A stretch of DNA of 64,000 nt from an uncultured cyanobacterium (GTDB taxonomy: Bacteria > Cyanobacteriota > Cyanobacteriia > Cyanobacteriales > Nostocaceae): positions 1,216,001 through 1,280,000 of the forward strand of contig CAVUDP010000002.1 of NCBI GenBank assembly GCA_963740315.1, read 5' to 3'. The stretch's first letter is position 1. The number at the start of each line of letters is the position of its first letter. Under the pieces are notes generated by a model. The model was not told the DNA's origin, made no database searches, and worked only from the letters and a program-made list of their open reading frames with translations. This document shows, piece by piece, positions 21,130 through 31,922 of this stretch. A program made the translations under genes and the position numbers.

Positions 21130-21530
21130 AATTCATCCATAGCTTCCGTCGGGTAATCGCAGGTTCCAAATAAAGTCTTCATGAATTCGGAATACGGACT
21201 CAATATTGATAGCATCCCCTCAAGCTAGTGCGAACCAAAATGGCTTCTTGAGATTAGTGAAGAACAAATTAGTTATTCGCCAAAACTTGCTCTAGTCAAA
21301 ACAGCTTCCCACAAATAGGGTTCACTCAAGTTAACATCACGCCAATCAACTCTACATAAATTAGCACAATCCAAATCGGCTTTACTCAAGTTAACAATCA
21401 ATCAAAGTACTTTCAACCCTGCACGCTCCAAAGAACAACCACGCTTCACTCAAATCACTATTGTCAATCCTAACTCCATTTAGGTCAGGTTAACTCCATC
21501 TTAAATTAATTCGTCTTAAATAGCGTCTTT
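21130..21530 (-). pseudogene. Decayed pentapeptide-repeat gene
   Basis: Minus strand gives VNLSKADLDCANLCRVDWRDVNLSEPYLWEAVLTRASF* and IWNLRLPDGS, broken by stops and frameshifts. Confidence 0.6.
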
Positions 21531-21848
21531 AATAATCTTTACGATTTCAGATAAAATCCAGCATAAATCGTCGCCAACATCATATTTTTCGTAACCAACA
21601 TCAGTAGTCAAAATTTAATAATTAATCTATTAATTAAATTGCGTCGTAACCCAACATCAGTATTTTGATTTCAGATGAAATTACGATGGTGTACATTTTT
21701 GAATGAAGCGGTTTGTTTCGTTGGATATTTAATCTTGTTTTAGTTGAATTATCTAGTTTAGTTTTCTAGATTATGTTGGGTTGTGCCTCCGGCACACCTA
21801 GCGGTGACTTCAACCCAACCTACAAATCAATCCCCAATCCCCAATCAC

Positions 21849-22721
21849 CTATTCCCCATGCTCTCCTACTTTAATTGCTTCAAACAAGGATGAATAATCT
21901 TCGTTTTTCATTGCCATTTTCATTGCCATGTCGAGGATTTCTCGCACGCCTTGAATACTGCTGACGTTTAATCCGGCTTCTTTGGCTTCTTCAATAAAGT
22001 ACTCTGTGTCTTTGACTAAGTGTTTTAAGGGGAAGTTGGGATTGGCGTAATTTCCATCTACCATCCGCTGTAACTTTTTATCAAAGGTAGGCGCGTAAAC
22101 CGCACTTTCACGCAAAATCTGCATAAATATGTCTGGATTAATACCCTGACTTTGGATAAATCCGAGACTAAGCCCAAAGGCTGAAGTTAAAGATGCTATT
22201 AGTTGATTTAAAGCTAATTTTAATGCTGCTGCACTGCCTACGGAACCTACAAGTATAGGATCGGGACCGAAATGCTTTAATAATTCTAGGCTCCTTCTGT
22301 ACTGATCTTTCTGTGCGCCTACCATGACAATAAGCTTACCATCTTTGGCTTCAGGTCTGCTGCCAAGTACTGGTGCTTCGATATAATCTCCACCAGCAGA
22401 AACTACTGCATCTCTAATTTCTCTACTTTCTGTGGGGGTGATTGTCCCCATTTGAATAACTTGCTTTCCTTTGACGCTCCTCGAAGACATATCCGAAAGC
22501 AAAACGGTGTAAATTGCTGCGGTGTTAGTAAGCATAAGTACCACATATTCAGCAGCAGCGATCGCCTGATGGGGATGTTCTACAACTTCGGCTCCTGCTG
22601 CTTTTAGAGGTTCTAGTTTTTCTGGGGTACGGTTATAAGCAATCAATTCCACACCTTTGTCTAACAACCTTTGCGCCATCGGTTGTCCCATTAATCCAGT
22701 ACCCAGAAATGCCACCTTCAT
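21849..22721 (-). CDS. NAD(P)-dependent oxidoreductase, 3-hydroxyisobutyrate dehydrogenase family
   Basis: FLGTGLMGQPMA, EAPVLGS and KLALN motifs. Confidence 0.9.
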   Translation of the reverse strand: MKVAFLGTGLMGQPMAQRLLDKGVELIAYNRTPEKLEPLKAAGAEVVEHPHQAIAAAEYVVLMLTNTAAIYTVLLSDMSSRSVKGKQVIQMGTITPTESREIRDAVVSAGGDYIEAPVLGSRPEAKDGKLIVMVGAQKDQYRRSLELLKHFGPDPILVGSVGSAAALKLALNQLIASLTSAFGLSLGFIQSQGINPDIFMQILRESAVYAPTFDKKLQRMVDGNYANPNFPLKHLVKDTEYFIEEAKEAGLNVSSIQGVREILDMAMKMAMKNEDYSSLFEAIKVGEHGE

Positions 22722-22908
22722 GTTTTAATTCCTTTTTATATTTGTTTTTAAAATGATATAGGAGTTGGGCATTGGGAATTGGTAATCGGTAATTGGTAAT
22801 TAGGTATGAAATATCACCTTTAACCTTACCAACTCCCGTAAAGACGTAGCAGTGCTACGTCTCTACAATTTTTAATCCAAAATCCAAAATCCAAAATCCA
22901 AAATCGAA

Positions 22909-23004
22909 TTAGCCTCCTGCGGCGAATGTCACCATTACCATTACTGAAAGTAAGATTCCGGGAATAAGTAATCCAATTAACATTAATAAGTCGTGGGTAG
23001 ACAT
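22909..23004 (-). CDS. 31-aa single-TM micro-protein MSTHDLLMLIGLLIPGILLSVMVMVTFAAGG (possibly Norf4-like); not in ORF track
   Basis: Clean ATG..TAA ORF; AAGGT upstream; hydrophobic helix. Confidence 0.6.
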   Translation of the reverse strand: MSTHDLLMLIGLLIPGILLSVMVMVTFAAGG

Positions 23005-23171
23005 AATTATTACCTTTGTTGTGTTTCTATAGCGTTGTAATTACTGCTATGGTAAACCAACGATCGCGAATATAAGTTGAATAAAGTTTTAACTTTTTCT
23101 ATATTCGCTTATACCAAGGGTTCATAGTAAGGACTTTAGTCCTAAATGCATTAATTACAAAAAAACCAATT

Positions 23172-24347
23172 TTAATATGGTTGGATAAAGCCTTTGAGCG
23201 ATCGGGATATTTCTGTTTCTTTTAATCCTTTGGCTTGAACTAAAACGTGGAAACCACCAAGCCCTAATGGATCTAAAAGTTGATGCAGTGAATCGCGGCG
23301 TTGCAATATACTAGATAAAGGTTGTTTTGATTGGGATAAAGTCGCTACACGTTCCCCTAATCCTAAAGCCATCAAAAATAATCCTTGCTGGGTTAAACCA
23401 ACTTTGTGCAAACCGAGGCGATCGCCATTTTTTTCTAAGGCTGTAAAATCAACATGAGCGGTAATATCTTGTTGTCCAATGTTAATATACGGGTCGTTAT
23501 GGCGATGATGTTGAGTGTAGCACTGTAGGGTTCCGCGATCGCGTCTGGGATTATAGTAACGGTTTTGAGTATAGCCATAATCAATTGTTAGCACATACCC
23601 GCGCTGCAAACGGTTTGCTACTACACCTAACCACTCTAAAGCCGCTAAATTAATTTCGCTACGATATCCGGAGGGGTATTCATTAATGTCTATTTCTAAC
23701 AGGTTTAAATGATCGACAAGTTCCTGTGTGGAAGGTTTGTCTGTTATTTCGGTGAATGATGCAGGTTGAAGAGAGGGGGAAGAATTTTCTGCATTCGTAA
23801 CGTAAATTTCCTGCAATTCTCCATTTTCTAAGATGAATTGATGAACGGGAAAAGCGTCTACTAATTCGTTTGAAAAAAAGCATCCCGTGACGGAATTGTT
23901 TGGTATTTCTTCTAATTCACACCAGGTAACAATAAATTCTTTTAAGCGCTGTTGTTGGAGTTGTTTTAATCCAGGTGATTTTTCGACAATAATATATTTT
24001 AAAGCATTTAAAAAATCGGGATATTGTTGTTTAATATAGTTGAGAATATCTGCTGCTAAATGTCCTTGTCCCGCACCCATTTCTATTAAAGAAAATGGTA
24101 CGGGTTGATCTAATATTTCCCACATTTGGAAAAATTGAATTGCTAACATTTCACCAAAGTCAGTGCCGAGATGTACGGAAGTGAAAAAATCGCCTTCTTT
24201 GCCTAAGTTTGTCGCTTTTTGGGAATAGTAACCGTATTCTGGATGATACAGTGCTAAGTCCATATATTCGGCGAAGGTAATGCGATGGTGAGGAGTTGCG
24301 GCGATGCGGTTGGTGATTTCTTGATGTAATTGCGGGTTGTGTTCCAT
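23172..24347 (-). CDS. SAM-dependent methyltransferase, MidA/NDUFAF7 family
   Basis: GYY..GDFFTS, EMGAGQG, SNELVDAFP, IDYG and QDITAHVDF motifs. Confidence 0.9.
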   Translation of the reverse strand: MEHNPQLHQEITNRIAATPHHRITFAEYMDLALYHPEYGYYSQKATNLGKEGDFFTSVHLGTDFGEMLAIQFFQMWEILDQPVPFSLIEMGAGQGHLAADILNYIKQQYPDFLNALKYIIVEKSPGLKQLQQQRLKEFIVTWCELEEIPNNSVTGCFFSNELVDAFPVHQFILENGELQEIYVTNAENSSPSLQPASFTEITDKPSTQELVDHLNLLEIDINEYPSGYRSEINLAALEWLGVVANRLQRGYVLTIDYGYTQNRYYNPRRDRGTLQCYTQHHRHNDPYINIGQQDITAHVDFTALEKNGDRLGLHKVGLTQQGLFLMALGLGERVATLSQSKQPLSSILQRRDSLHQLLDPLGLGGFHVLVQAKGLKETEISRSLKGFIQPY

Positions 24348-24398
24348 GTTAGATGGGATTATCTGAATATAAATATTAGTTATTCTTCTGTTTTCTCG

Positions 24399-25025
24399 TT
24401 ATAAGTCTCTGACTTGTAATGCATTTATGGAGTAGGAGCCTCCTGATTCCTTTTCCAGAATGGGTTCCACAGAACTAGATTTAGCCAAATTCAAATTAAA
24501 AAACAAGATTGACTTGATACCGCAGTAAACTACAGCCATTGCTAAAAGTCCCCAAGATATCCAAAAATAACCAATTTTTAACTTCCACAGACTAATTAAA
24601 ATCAATCCAGCTAAATCGGCAATTAAAACTGCTAAACGTTCGCTAATCTTCCAATTTTGAACGATATTTTTGGCTGAAATATTAATTTTTATGTTAGCAA
24701 ATAAGTTAAACCAAATTATACCTAGTAAAATTAAAATCGAACCCCATGCCAACCATATTGATGATAGATAAAATCCTGTCAGTTCTATAATAATTGTAAT
24801 AATTGTAATATTTTTAAAAATATCTAAACGAGCATCTTTAACTAGCTCCTTGGCATCAGCGACTTTTTGTAAATCCTGGTTTGCCATATTAGCTTGTTCT
24901 ATACAAAATAAAAATATTCCCACAGCTAATAATTGATGGGTTAATTCCGCATTGCAAAGCATTTGTCTTAATATCCCCAGACAAGCAGGAAAGAACAATA
25001 AAAAAATTGTCAGAGAAATCGACAT
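24399..25025 (-). CDS. Hypothetical multi-pass membrane protein
   Basis: About 6 hydrophobic helices. Confidence 0.7.
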   Translation of the reverse strand: MSISLTIFLLFFPACLGILRQMLCNAELTHQLLAVGIFLFCIEQANMANQDLQKVADAKELVKDARLDIFKNITIITIIIELTGFYLSSIWLAWGSILILLGIIWFNLFANIKINISAKNIVQNWKISERLAVLIADLAGLILISLWKLKIGYFWISWGLLAMAVVYCGIKSILFFNLNLAKSSSVEPILEKESGGSYSINALQVRDL

Positions 25026-25031
25026 GGTTCA

Positions 25032-25405
25032 GGTTAAAGGTTAAAGGTTAAAGGTTAAAGGTAGGAGTTAGGAGTTAGGAGTTAGGAGTACTTCGACAAG
25101 CTCAGTAACCTTATTGAGTTAGAAGTTAGAAGTACTTCGACAAGCTCAGTAACCTTATTGAGTTAGAAGTTAGAAGTTGTAAATTAACATTTCTCCGCAT
25201 CTTTGTAGTGCGTTAACGAAGTCTGTCCGAAGGACATGCGTCTCGCTCGCTATCTTCCCCACTCTTCCCCACTCTTCCGCACTATTCCCCACTCTTCTCG
25301 ACTCTTCCGCACTATTCCCCACTATTCCGCACTATTCCGCACCATCTCCCCACTATTCCCCACTCTTCCCCATCTCCCCACTCTCCCCACTCTTCCCCAT
25401 CCCAT
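25032..25405. repeat. STRR heptamers, two 37-bp dispersed units and a degenerate 10-mer array (TTCCCCACTC/TTCCGCACTA)
   Basis: Direct reading of tandem units. Confidence 0.85.
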
Positions 25406-25409
25406 TCCC

Positions 25410-25566
25410 TAAGAGGATGCGCGGGAAAGCTACTAATATAACTCGAAACTTTCCAATCCCCCTAAATCCCCCTTGCCAAGGGGGACTTTAACCCCCCTTT
25501 TATAAGGCGGGAAGGGGGGATAATCCGAGAATTGCAATAAAAAAGATACTTTTCAAACATCCCCTA
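25410..25566. mobile_element. MITE-like element of about 155 bp (ends AGAGGATG...AAACATCCCCT)
   Basis: Related copies in the opposite orientation at 35830-35958 and 48257-48410; internal poly-C/poly-G hairpins. Confidence 0.7.
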
Positions 25567-25827
25567 AAAAAACAAAAAAAGATTTTAAATTTTGAATTTG
25601 TATATACAATGTCTCCCCATCTCCCCACCTCCCCATCTCCCCATCTCCCCATCTCCCCATCTCCCCCTCTCCCCCTCTCCCCATCTCCCCCTCTCCCCAT
25701 CTCCCCATCACCCCCTCTTCCCCCTCCCATTCCCTAAGAAAATAAAAAAAGATTCTAGATTTTGAAATTGTATACACAATCCAAAATCTAAAATCAATGC
25801 ATCCGTTGTTAAAATCCAAAATTGAAT

Positions 25828-27012
25828 TTATCTGTCAACGGAACCCATAATTACGTCGATGCTACCTAATATCACAACAATATCTGCGACTTTCACACCC
25901 TTCAATAATTCGGGTAAAATTTGCAGGTTGTTGAAGTCTGCTGGGCGAATTTTCCAACGCCAAGGAAAGACATTATTATCTCCAACTAAATAAATTCCTA
26001 ATTCACCTTTACCGCTTTCTACGCGGGAATAGATTTCACCATTGGGAATCTTGAAGGTTGGAGCAACTTTTTTGGCAATATATTGATATTCAAAGTCGTT
26101 CCATTTCGACTTCTTACCTTCCTGCATCCGCTTGGCTTCGAGGTTTTCGTAAGGGCCGCCGGGAAGCGCTTTCAGGGCTTGTTTGAGGATTTTGACGGAT
26201 TCGCGCATTTCCCGCAATCTTACCGCATAACGGGCGAGACAGTCTCCAGCGGTTTCCCACTGCACATCCCAGTCGAAATCGTCGTAACATTCGTAATGGT
26301 CAACTTTTCTTAAGTCCCACTTTACCCCAGAAGCGCGTAACATCGGACCGGATAATCCCCAGTTTATGGCTTGTTCGCGAGTAATTACGCCAATTCCTTC
26401 TACACGACGGCGGAAGATCGGGTTTTTGGTCACTAAGCGCTCGTATTCGTCAACTTTGGGTAAAAAGTATTCGCAAAATTCCATACATTTATCTACCCAA
26501 CCGTAGGGTAAATCAACCGCTACACCACCAATGCGGAAGTAGTTGTTGTTTACCATGCGATAACCTGTAGCCGCTTCCCATAAATCGTAAATCATCTCCC
26601 TTTCGCGAAACTGATAGAAGAAGGGAGTTTGTGCGCCTACGTCAGCCATGAATGGACCCCACCACAACAAATGGTTGGCGATGCGGTTCAATTCCAGCAT
26701 GATGACGCGGATGTAGCTGGCACGTTTGGGAACTTCGATATCCGCTAATTTTTCCGGTGCGTTAACGGTAACGGCTTCGTTAAACATTCCTGCTGCGTAA
26801 TCCCACCGACTCACGTAGGGAACGTACATGATATTTGTACGATTTTCGGCGATTTTTTCCATTCCCCGGTGCAGGTAGCCGATAACGGGTTCGCAGTCTA
26901 CTACGTCTTCACCGTCTAGCGTCATGATTAGACGCAAAACCCCGTGCATCGAAGGATGGTGCGGTCCCATGTTCAGCACCATCGGTTCGGTGCGAGTTTC
27001 CATTAATGCCAT
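25828..27012 (-). CDS. ndhH: NAD(P)H-quinone oxidoreductase subunit H
   Basis: [24 protein letters not shown]; ends GSVDR. Confidence 0.98.
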   Translation of the reverse strand: MALMETRTEPMVLNMGPHHPSMHGVLRLIMTLDGEDVVDCEPVIGYLHRGMEKIAENRTNIMYVPYVSRWDYAAGMFNEAVTVNAPEKLADIEVPKRASYIRVIMLELNRIANHLLWWGPFMADVGAQTPFFYQFREREMIYDLWEAATGYRMVNNNYFRIGGVAVDLPYGWVDKCMEFCEYFLPKVDEYERLVTKNPIFRRRVEGIGVITREQAINWGLSGPMLRASGVKWDLRKVDHYECYDDFDWDVQWETAGDCLARYAVRLREMRESVKILKQALKALPGGPYENLEAKRMQEGKKSKWNDFEYQYIAKKVAPTFKIPNGEIYSRVESGKGELGIYLVGDNNVFPWRWKIRPADFNNLQILPELLKGVKVADIVVILGSIDVIMGSVDR

Positions 27013-27223
27013 GAATCAGTAATTCTCCCCAATATGTTTTTTTGCGCTCACCCCTAAGTTTAGTTATTTTAATCAAATATTTTCAATCAAATATTTGCTG
27101 ATGCTCGCTGTTTGATTGGGTGAAGATATTTTTAGGAGCATTTCTTTAATTATGAAGGATGAAACGGGGTTAAGTGCATTATTTTGACAAATCAGCAGTA
27201 TTTGAAAAACCTTTCTCTAGAGT

Positions 27224-27607
27224 ATGAAAGACGATCGCACTCAATTGCTTGATGCATGGTCATTTATCGATAATCCACGCATTCAACCGACAAATCAAGG
27301 TACTGTCAACTCGACTTTTTTTGTCGATGCACCACAAGGTAAGTTTGTGCTGAAGCTGTACGACGATACTACAACTACCGCACAAATTAACTACGAGCAT
27401 TCGCTGCTAGCACATTTACAATCTGGTAATTTGTCTTTTAGCGTACCAGCACCGATACCCGATTCTTCAGGGGAAACATTACTCAAAGTCGATCGCAATA
27501 ACCTGGAACTAAGATTTTCTCTACAAAATTATATTTCGGGACAACCTGCAAATCGTCTAATCAATTCGACACCAATGGCATCGCAAGCCCCCTCCAAAAT
27601 TATCTAG
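27224..27607 (+). pseudogene. Truncated phosphotransferase (APH/type II homoserine kinase-like), N-lobe only
   Basis: GTVNSTF..KFVLKLY..EHSLL..VPAP present; catalytic HxD and DF motifs absent. Confidence 0.65.
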
Positions 27608-27644
27608 CCTAACTCTGCTTTCCAAAAAAATCATCAAGCTCTAA

Positions 27645-27680
27645 TATGTACTTGAAAGCATATGTGTTTGGGTGCATAAT
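27645..27680 (+). promoter_or_regulatory. Tandem TATG-N10-CATA palindromes overlapping TTGAAA-17-CATAAT; candidate antitoxin operator and promoter
   Basis: Palindromes at 27645-27662 and 27661-27678 immediately before the toxin ATG. Confidence 0.55.
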
Positions 27681-27682
27681 TA

Positions 27683-28051
27683 ATGAGTTGGGTTGTTAAA
27701 TTTCATCAAGATTTTGAACCTGAGTTTGATGCTTTACCAGAAGAAGTACAAAACAAATTACTTGCTCGTGCTAATTTATTGGAAGCTTTCGGTTACGAAT
27801 TGGGACGACCTCATGTCGATACAATTAATGGTTCGCGATATAGCAACATGAAGGAATTGAGGTTTAAAGCAGCAGATGGTGTTTGGCGTGTTTTATTTGC
27901 ATTTGACTCCAGACGCTGTGCAATATTATTAGTTGCAGGTGATAAATCAGGTGGTAGTGAAACTCGTTTTTATAAGCAACTTATCAAAACGGCTGATGAG
28001 AGATTTGAAGCACACTTAGTCCAGATTAAAAATCAACAAGATGAAAAGTAG
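27683..28051 (+). CDS. Type II toxin, RelE/HigB (Gp49-like)
   Basis: LGRPHVDT, MKELR, RVLFAFD and LLVAGDKSG motifs. Confidence 0.9.
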   Translation: MSWVVKFHQDFEPEFDALPEEVQNKLLARANLLEAFGYELGRPHVDTINGSRYSNMKELRFKAADGVWRVLFAFDSRRCAILLVAGDKSGGSETRFYKQLIKTADERFEAHLVQIKNQQDEK

Positions 28052-28060
28052 AAATAATTT

Positions 28061-28408
28061 ATGGGAAAAACTTTAAAAGAAAAATTAGAACAGTTGTCAC
28101 CAGAAAGACGGCAAAAAATTGAAGAAGAATCACAAAGTTTGATTGCCGAAGAAATGACTAGACAGCAACTCAGACAAGCTAGAAAGCTGACTCAAAAACA
28201 AATGGCAGACCTTTTACAAGTTGAGCAAGGCAATATTTCTCGTCTTGAACAGCGTACCGATTTGATGCTTTCAACTTTGCGAAAGTACATTGAAGCAATG
28301 GGAGGAGAATTACGACTTGTTGTTGAATTTCCCAACTGCCCATTAGTCACCTTAGTAGGTATTTCCGAAATTGAAGAATCAGATCCAGATGCAAATATCC
28401 ATGATTAA
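28061..28408 (+). CDS. XRE-family HTH antitoxin (HigA-like)
   Basis: LTQKQMA...[27 protein letters not shown]; follows the toxin. Confidence 0.9.
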   Translation: MGKTLKEKLEQLSPERRQKIEEESQSLIAEEMTRQQLRQARKLTQKQMADLLQVEQGNISRLEQRTDLMLSTLRKYIEAMGGELRLVVEFPNCPLVTLVGISEIEESDPDANIHD

Positions 28409-29300
28409 CCAATCGCCAACACCATCCGATCTTGAAACACCTGCTTTTTTACATATTCCTGTTTTGGCTGATGAAATAATTACGGGTTTGGGGATACGTA
28501 GCGGCGGGCATTATTTAGATACAACGGTTGGTGGTGGCGGACATTCTCGTTTAATTTTATCAGCTGCACCGGATACTAAAATAACGGCGATCGACCAAGA
28601 TGAAGATGCTTTAACGGCAGCAAAAAATAATTTGGCTGAGTATGGAAGTCGTGTAGAATTTATCCGCAGCAATTTCGCCGCATACGAGTTTCCACTTAAT
28701 AGTTTTGACGGGATTATTGCAGATTTAGGAGTTAGTTCTTATCATTTGGATAATCCGGAGAGGGGTTTTAGTTTTCGTCACGAAGCCTCCCTTGATATGC
28801 GGATGGATAGAAGACAATCTTTAACTGCTGCTGAAGCAATAAATCATTGGGATGAGGTGGAGTTAGCAAATATTTTCTTTAAATATGGTGAGGAAAGATT
28901 ATCGCGACGCATTGCTAGACGCATTGTGGAAAATCGTCCCTTTCATACTACAACTGAGTTAGCCCAAACCATCTCTTATTGCGTTCCTAAAAAATATCGT
29001 TACGGAAGAATTCATCCCGCAACTCGGGTTTTTCAAGCTTTACGAATTGCTGTAAATGATGAACTAAAGACTTTAGAAACTCTTTTAGAAAAAGCACCGA
29101 ATGCACTTGTTGAAAATGGAAAAATTGCCGTTATCAGCTTTCATAGTTTGGAAGACAGAATAGTGAAGCATAGTTTCAAAGATTCACCATCATTAAAAGT
29201 ATTAACAAAAAAGCCGATTACCGCCCAAGAAGAAGAAATTGCCAAAAATCCCCGCGCTCGCTCCGCTAAATTAAGAATAGCGGAATCAATTAGCAGTTAG
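28401..29300 (+). CDS. rsmH: 16S rRNA (C1402-N4) methyltransferase RsmH; probable start ATG 28401
   Basis: HIPVL, GGGGHS, DLGVSS, LDMRMD, FHSLEDR and [10 protein letters not shown] motifs. Confidence 0.95.
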   Translation: MINQSPTPSDLETPAFLHIPVLADEIITGLGIRSGGHYLDTTVGGGGHSRLILSAAPDTKITAIDQDEDALTAAKNNLAEYGSRVEFIRSNFAAYEFPLNSFDGIIADLGVSSYHLDNPERGFSFRHEASLDMRMDRRQSLTAAEAINHWDEVELANIFFKYGEERLSRRIARRIVENRPFHTTTELAQTISYCVPKKYRYGRIHPATRVFQALRIAVNDELKTLETLLEKAPNALVENGKIAVISFHSLEDRIVKHSFKDSPSLKVLTKKPITAQEEEIAKNPRARSAKLRIAESISS

Positions 29301-29387
29301 CAGTAAGGAGGAATATAGCGGTTTTCAATTGGATATACAGATGAACATCACCCCCTTCCCCTCCCCTTATTAAGGAGAGGGGTGTCC

Positions 29388-30198
29388 TTAAGTTTGTAGT
29401 CAGGGATTTATCCCTCGCAAGTGTGCTAAAGCACTTACTACGAACTTGTGCAATAAATAATATTAAGTTTGTAGTCAGGGATTTATCCCTCGCAAATGTG
29501 CTAAAGCACTTACTACGAACTTCTGCAATAAATGATATTAAGTTTGTAGTCAGGGATTTATCCCTCGCAAATGTGCTAAAGCACTTACTACGAACTTGTG
29601 CAATAAATCAACTTAAGTTTGTAGTCAGGGATTTATCCCTCGCAAGTGTGCTAAAGCACTTACTACGAACTTGTGCAATAAATGATATTAAGTTTGTAGT
29701 CAGGGATTTATCCCTCGCAAATGTGCTAAAGCACTTACTACGAACTTCTGCAATAAATGATATTAAGTTTGTAGTCAGGGATTTATCCCTCGCAAATGTG
29801 CTAAAGCACTTACTACGAACTTCTGCAATAAATGATATTAAGTTTGTAGTCAGGGATTTATCCCTCGCAAATGTGCTAAAGCACTTACTACGAACTTCTG
29901 CAATAAATAATATTAAGTTTGTAGTCAGGGATTTATCCCTCGCAAATGTGCTAAAGCACTTACTACGAACTTCTGCAATAAATGATATTAAGTTTGTAGT
30001 CAGGGATTTATCCCTCGCAAATGTGCTAAAGCACTTACTACGAACTTCTGCAATAAATGATATTAAGTTTGTAGTCAGGGATTTATCCCTCGCAAATGTG
30101 CTAAAGCACTTACTACGAACTTCTGCAATAAATAATATTAAGTTTGTAGTCAGGGATTTATCCCTCGCAAATGTGCTAAAGCACTTACTACGAACTTG
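29388..30198. repeat. Tandem array of 11 x 75-bp palindromic units
   Basis: Units start at 29388+75n up to 30138; each has hairpins AGGGATTTATCCCT and GTGCTAAAGCAC inside AAGTTTGTAGT/ACTACGAACTT inverted ends. Confidence 0.95.
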
Positions 30199-30299
30199 TA
30201 CAAATATAATATTATAAATTAATGTTCTTGTTCAAAAGCTTTCTAATCTAAAAAAAATAAATAATATCACTAATTACTGCTACTGCTAACTGTTCAATG

Positions 30300-31631
30300 T
30301 TAACTGATAATTGATTTAACTTCTCTGGGTAACTCTACGCGAAATGTTGAACCTTCACCAAGTAGGCTTTCTACATCGATCGCTCCTCCCATTAAGTTTA
30401 ATAAATCTTTGACTATTGCTAATCCTATTCCCGTTCCTTGGTAAGGACGACTTTTAGTCTGATTTACTTGGCGAAATGCTTGAAAAATGTATTTTAAATC
30501 AAGTTCTGAAATTCCAATGCCTGTATCTTTGACTATTATTATAATTTTATCTTCGTTTAATTCATATAATTCCACAAATACGCTACCATCTTCTGTAAAT
30601 TTAATCGCGTTGGAAATTAAGTTAATTAATAATTGTTGAAGGCGAACTGGATCGTTAAAAACTTTAACGTTTTTAATATTTATACTAATATCTAAACTAA
30701 TTTTTTTCTGGTTCGCAAGAAAACGTAATTCTTCTGTAATTATTTTTGTTAACTCTATTATATTAAAGTATTGCAGATTAAGTTTAAACTCGCCTTCTTC
30801 TAATCTGGCAAAATCCAGCATATTAGTTATCAATGTTAATAGCTGTTTGCCATTTTTGATTATTGTTTCTACTATACTTACGGACTGGGGAGTAAACTGA
30901 TTTTTGTTTAACCGTAAGAGTACATCGGAAAAGCCTAAAACTGCATTTAAAGGTGTACGCAATTCGTGAGATAAAACCGCGACAATTTTCGATTTTAATT
31001 GTGCTGCTTCTCGTAAATGTAGATTTTGGATTTCGATAAAGCGTGCTTTCTCTTCTGCTTGCTTGCGAGCATTAATATTTCGTAATAACCAGCGGATACC
31101 AATAGAATTTCCATTTTTATCGCTGATGATACTGGCGCTGATTTCACAATCAAATGAAATTCCCTGGTTATTTTGCAAACAAATTTCCCAATCTTGAAGC
31201 TGTATTTCTTCACATAAATCGTGGAGTCAATCGCGAAATCTTCTACGTGCTTCAGAGGGAACAAAGCCAATCAAAAGTTTATCACACAGTCTCTCTTTGG
31301 TAACTGCAAATAATTGGGATGCCGCTTGGTTAGCTTCCAGAATTTTTCCATTAATATCTGTTACAAGGTAGCCATCTGGAGCAAAATCGAACAATTCCTG
31401 ATAGCGCTGTCGTTCTTTGTCTACCTGTTGACGAGTCAGTTCTAATTCTTCATTTTGTTGAATTAATTCTTCTTGTGCTACATTAAGTTCTTCCAAGCTG
31501 ATATTTAGTTGTTCGACAGCTTCTGTTAATAATTCTTGTTGATGCTCGGGTACTTTATGAACGGAATTTTGTAATAAATGTGTTTGCTGGCGAACTCCTT
31601 CTATTTTTCTCGCGAATTTATCAAAAGACAT
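30300..31631 (-). pseudogene. Coiled-coil + PAS + HisKA/HATPase sensor kinase with one in-frame TGA at 31227-31229
   Basis: The two ORF-track pieces are in the same frame: RRFRD*LHDLCEEIQLQDWEICLQNN; SHELRTPL, NAIKFT and G boxes intact. Confidence 0.85.
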
Positions 31632-31768
31632 AAAATACCTATATTTTTTAAATTAAATCTAAAAGTTCAAATAATATAAAGTATACAATCTTACTCCAAT
31701 ATAATATCTATCTAAATACTGATTTATTTAAAGGTTAAAGGTTAAAAGTTAAAGGTTAAGGGTATAAC

Positions 31769-31921
31769 TAGTACTACACGGCTTAAATAGCGCACCCCTA
31801 ATTTTAATGGTCAGAAGTCGGGTTTTTAGAATACGTATCTGTAATATACTTACAAATTTTATAAAAACCCGACTTCTCAACTTTAATTATATGGGTACCT
31901 GACTTACGCTCGTCTGTACTA
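31769..31921. mobile_element. MITE-like element with imperfect TAGTAC...GTACTA ends
   Basis: Imperfect terminal inverted repeats and internal AGAAGTCGGGTTTTT/AAAAACCCGACTTCT pair. Confidence 0.5.
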
Positions 31922-31922
31922 G

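Larger units (their letters stand above)
20155..21823. repeat. Cluster of REP-like GTAGGTTGGGTT...AACCCAAC elements
   Basis: Full or partial copies at about 20155, 20338, 20477, 21049, 21641 and 21774. Confidence 0.8.

Noticed and set aside
27605..27640. Integron attC site (GCCTAAC) near the TA pair
   Set aside because: No matching GTTRRRY end or paired arms, and no integrase in the window
29423..30217. 264-aa repetitive ORF, or a CRISPR array
   Set aside because: The open frame follows from the 75-bp (3 x 25) period; there are no unique spacers and no cas genes
30995..31270. 91-aa ORF suggesting a frameshift in the kinase
   Set aside because: The two kinase parts are already in one frame, separated only by a TGA
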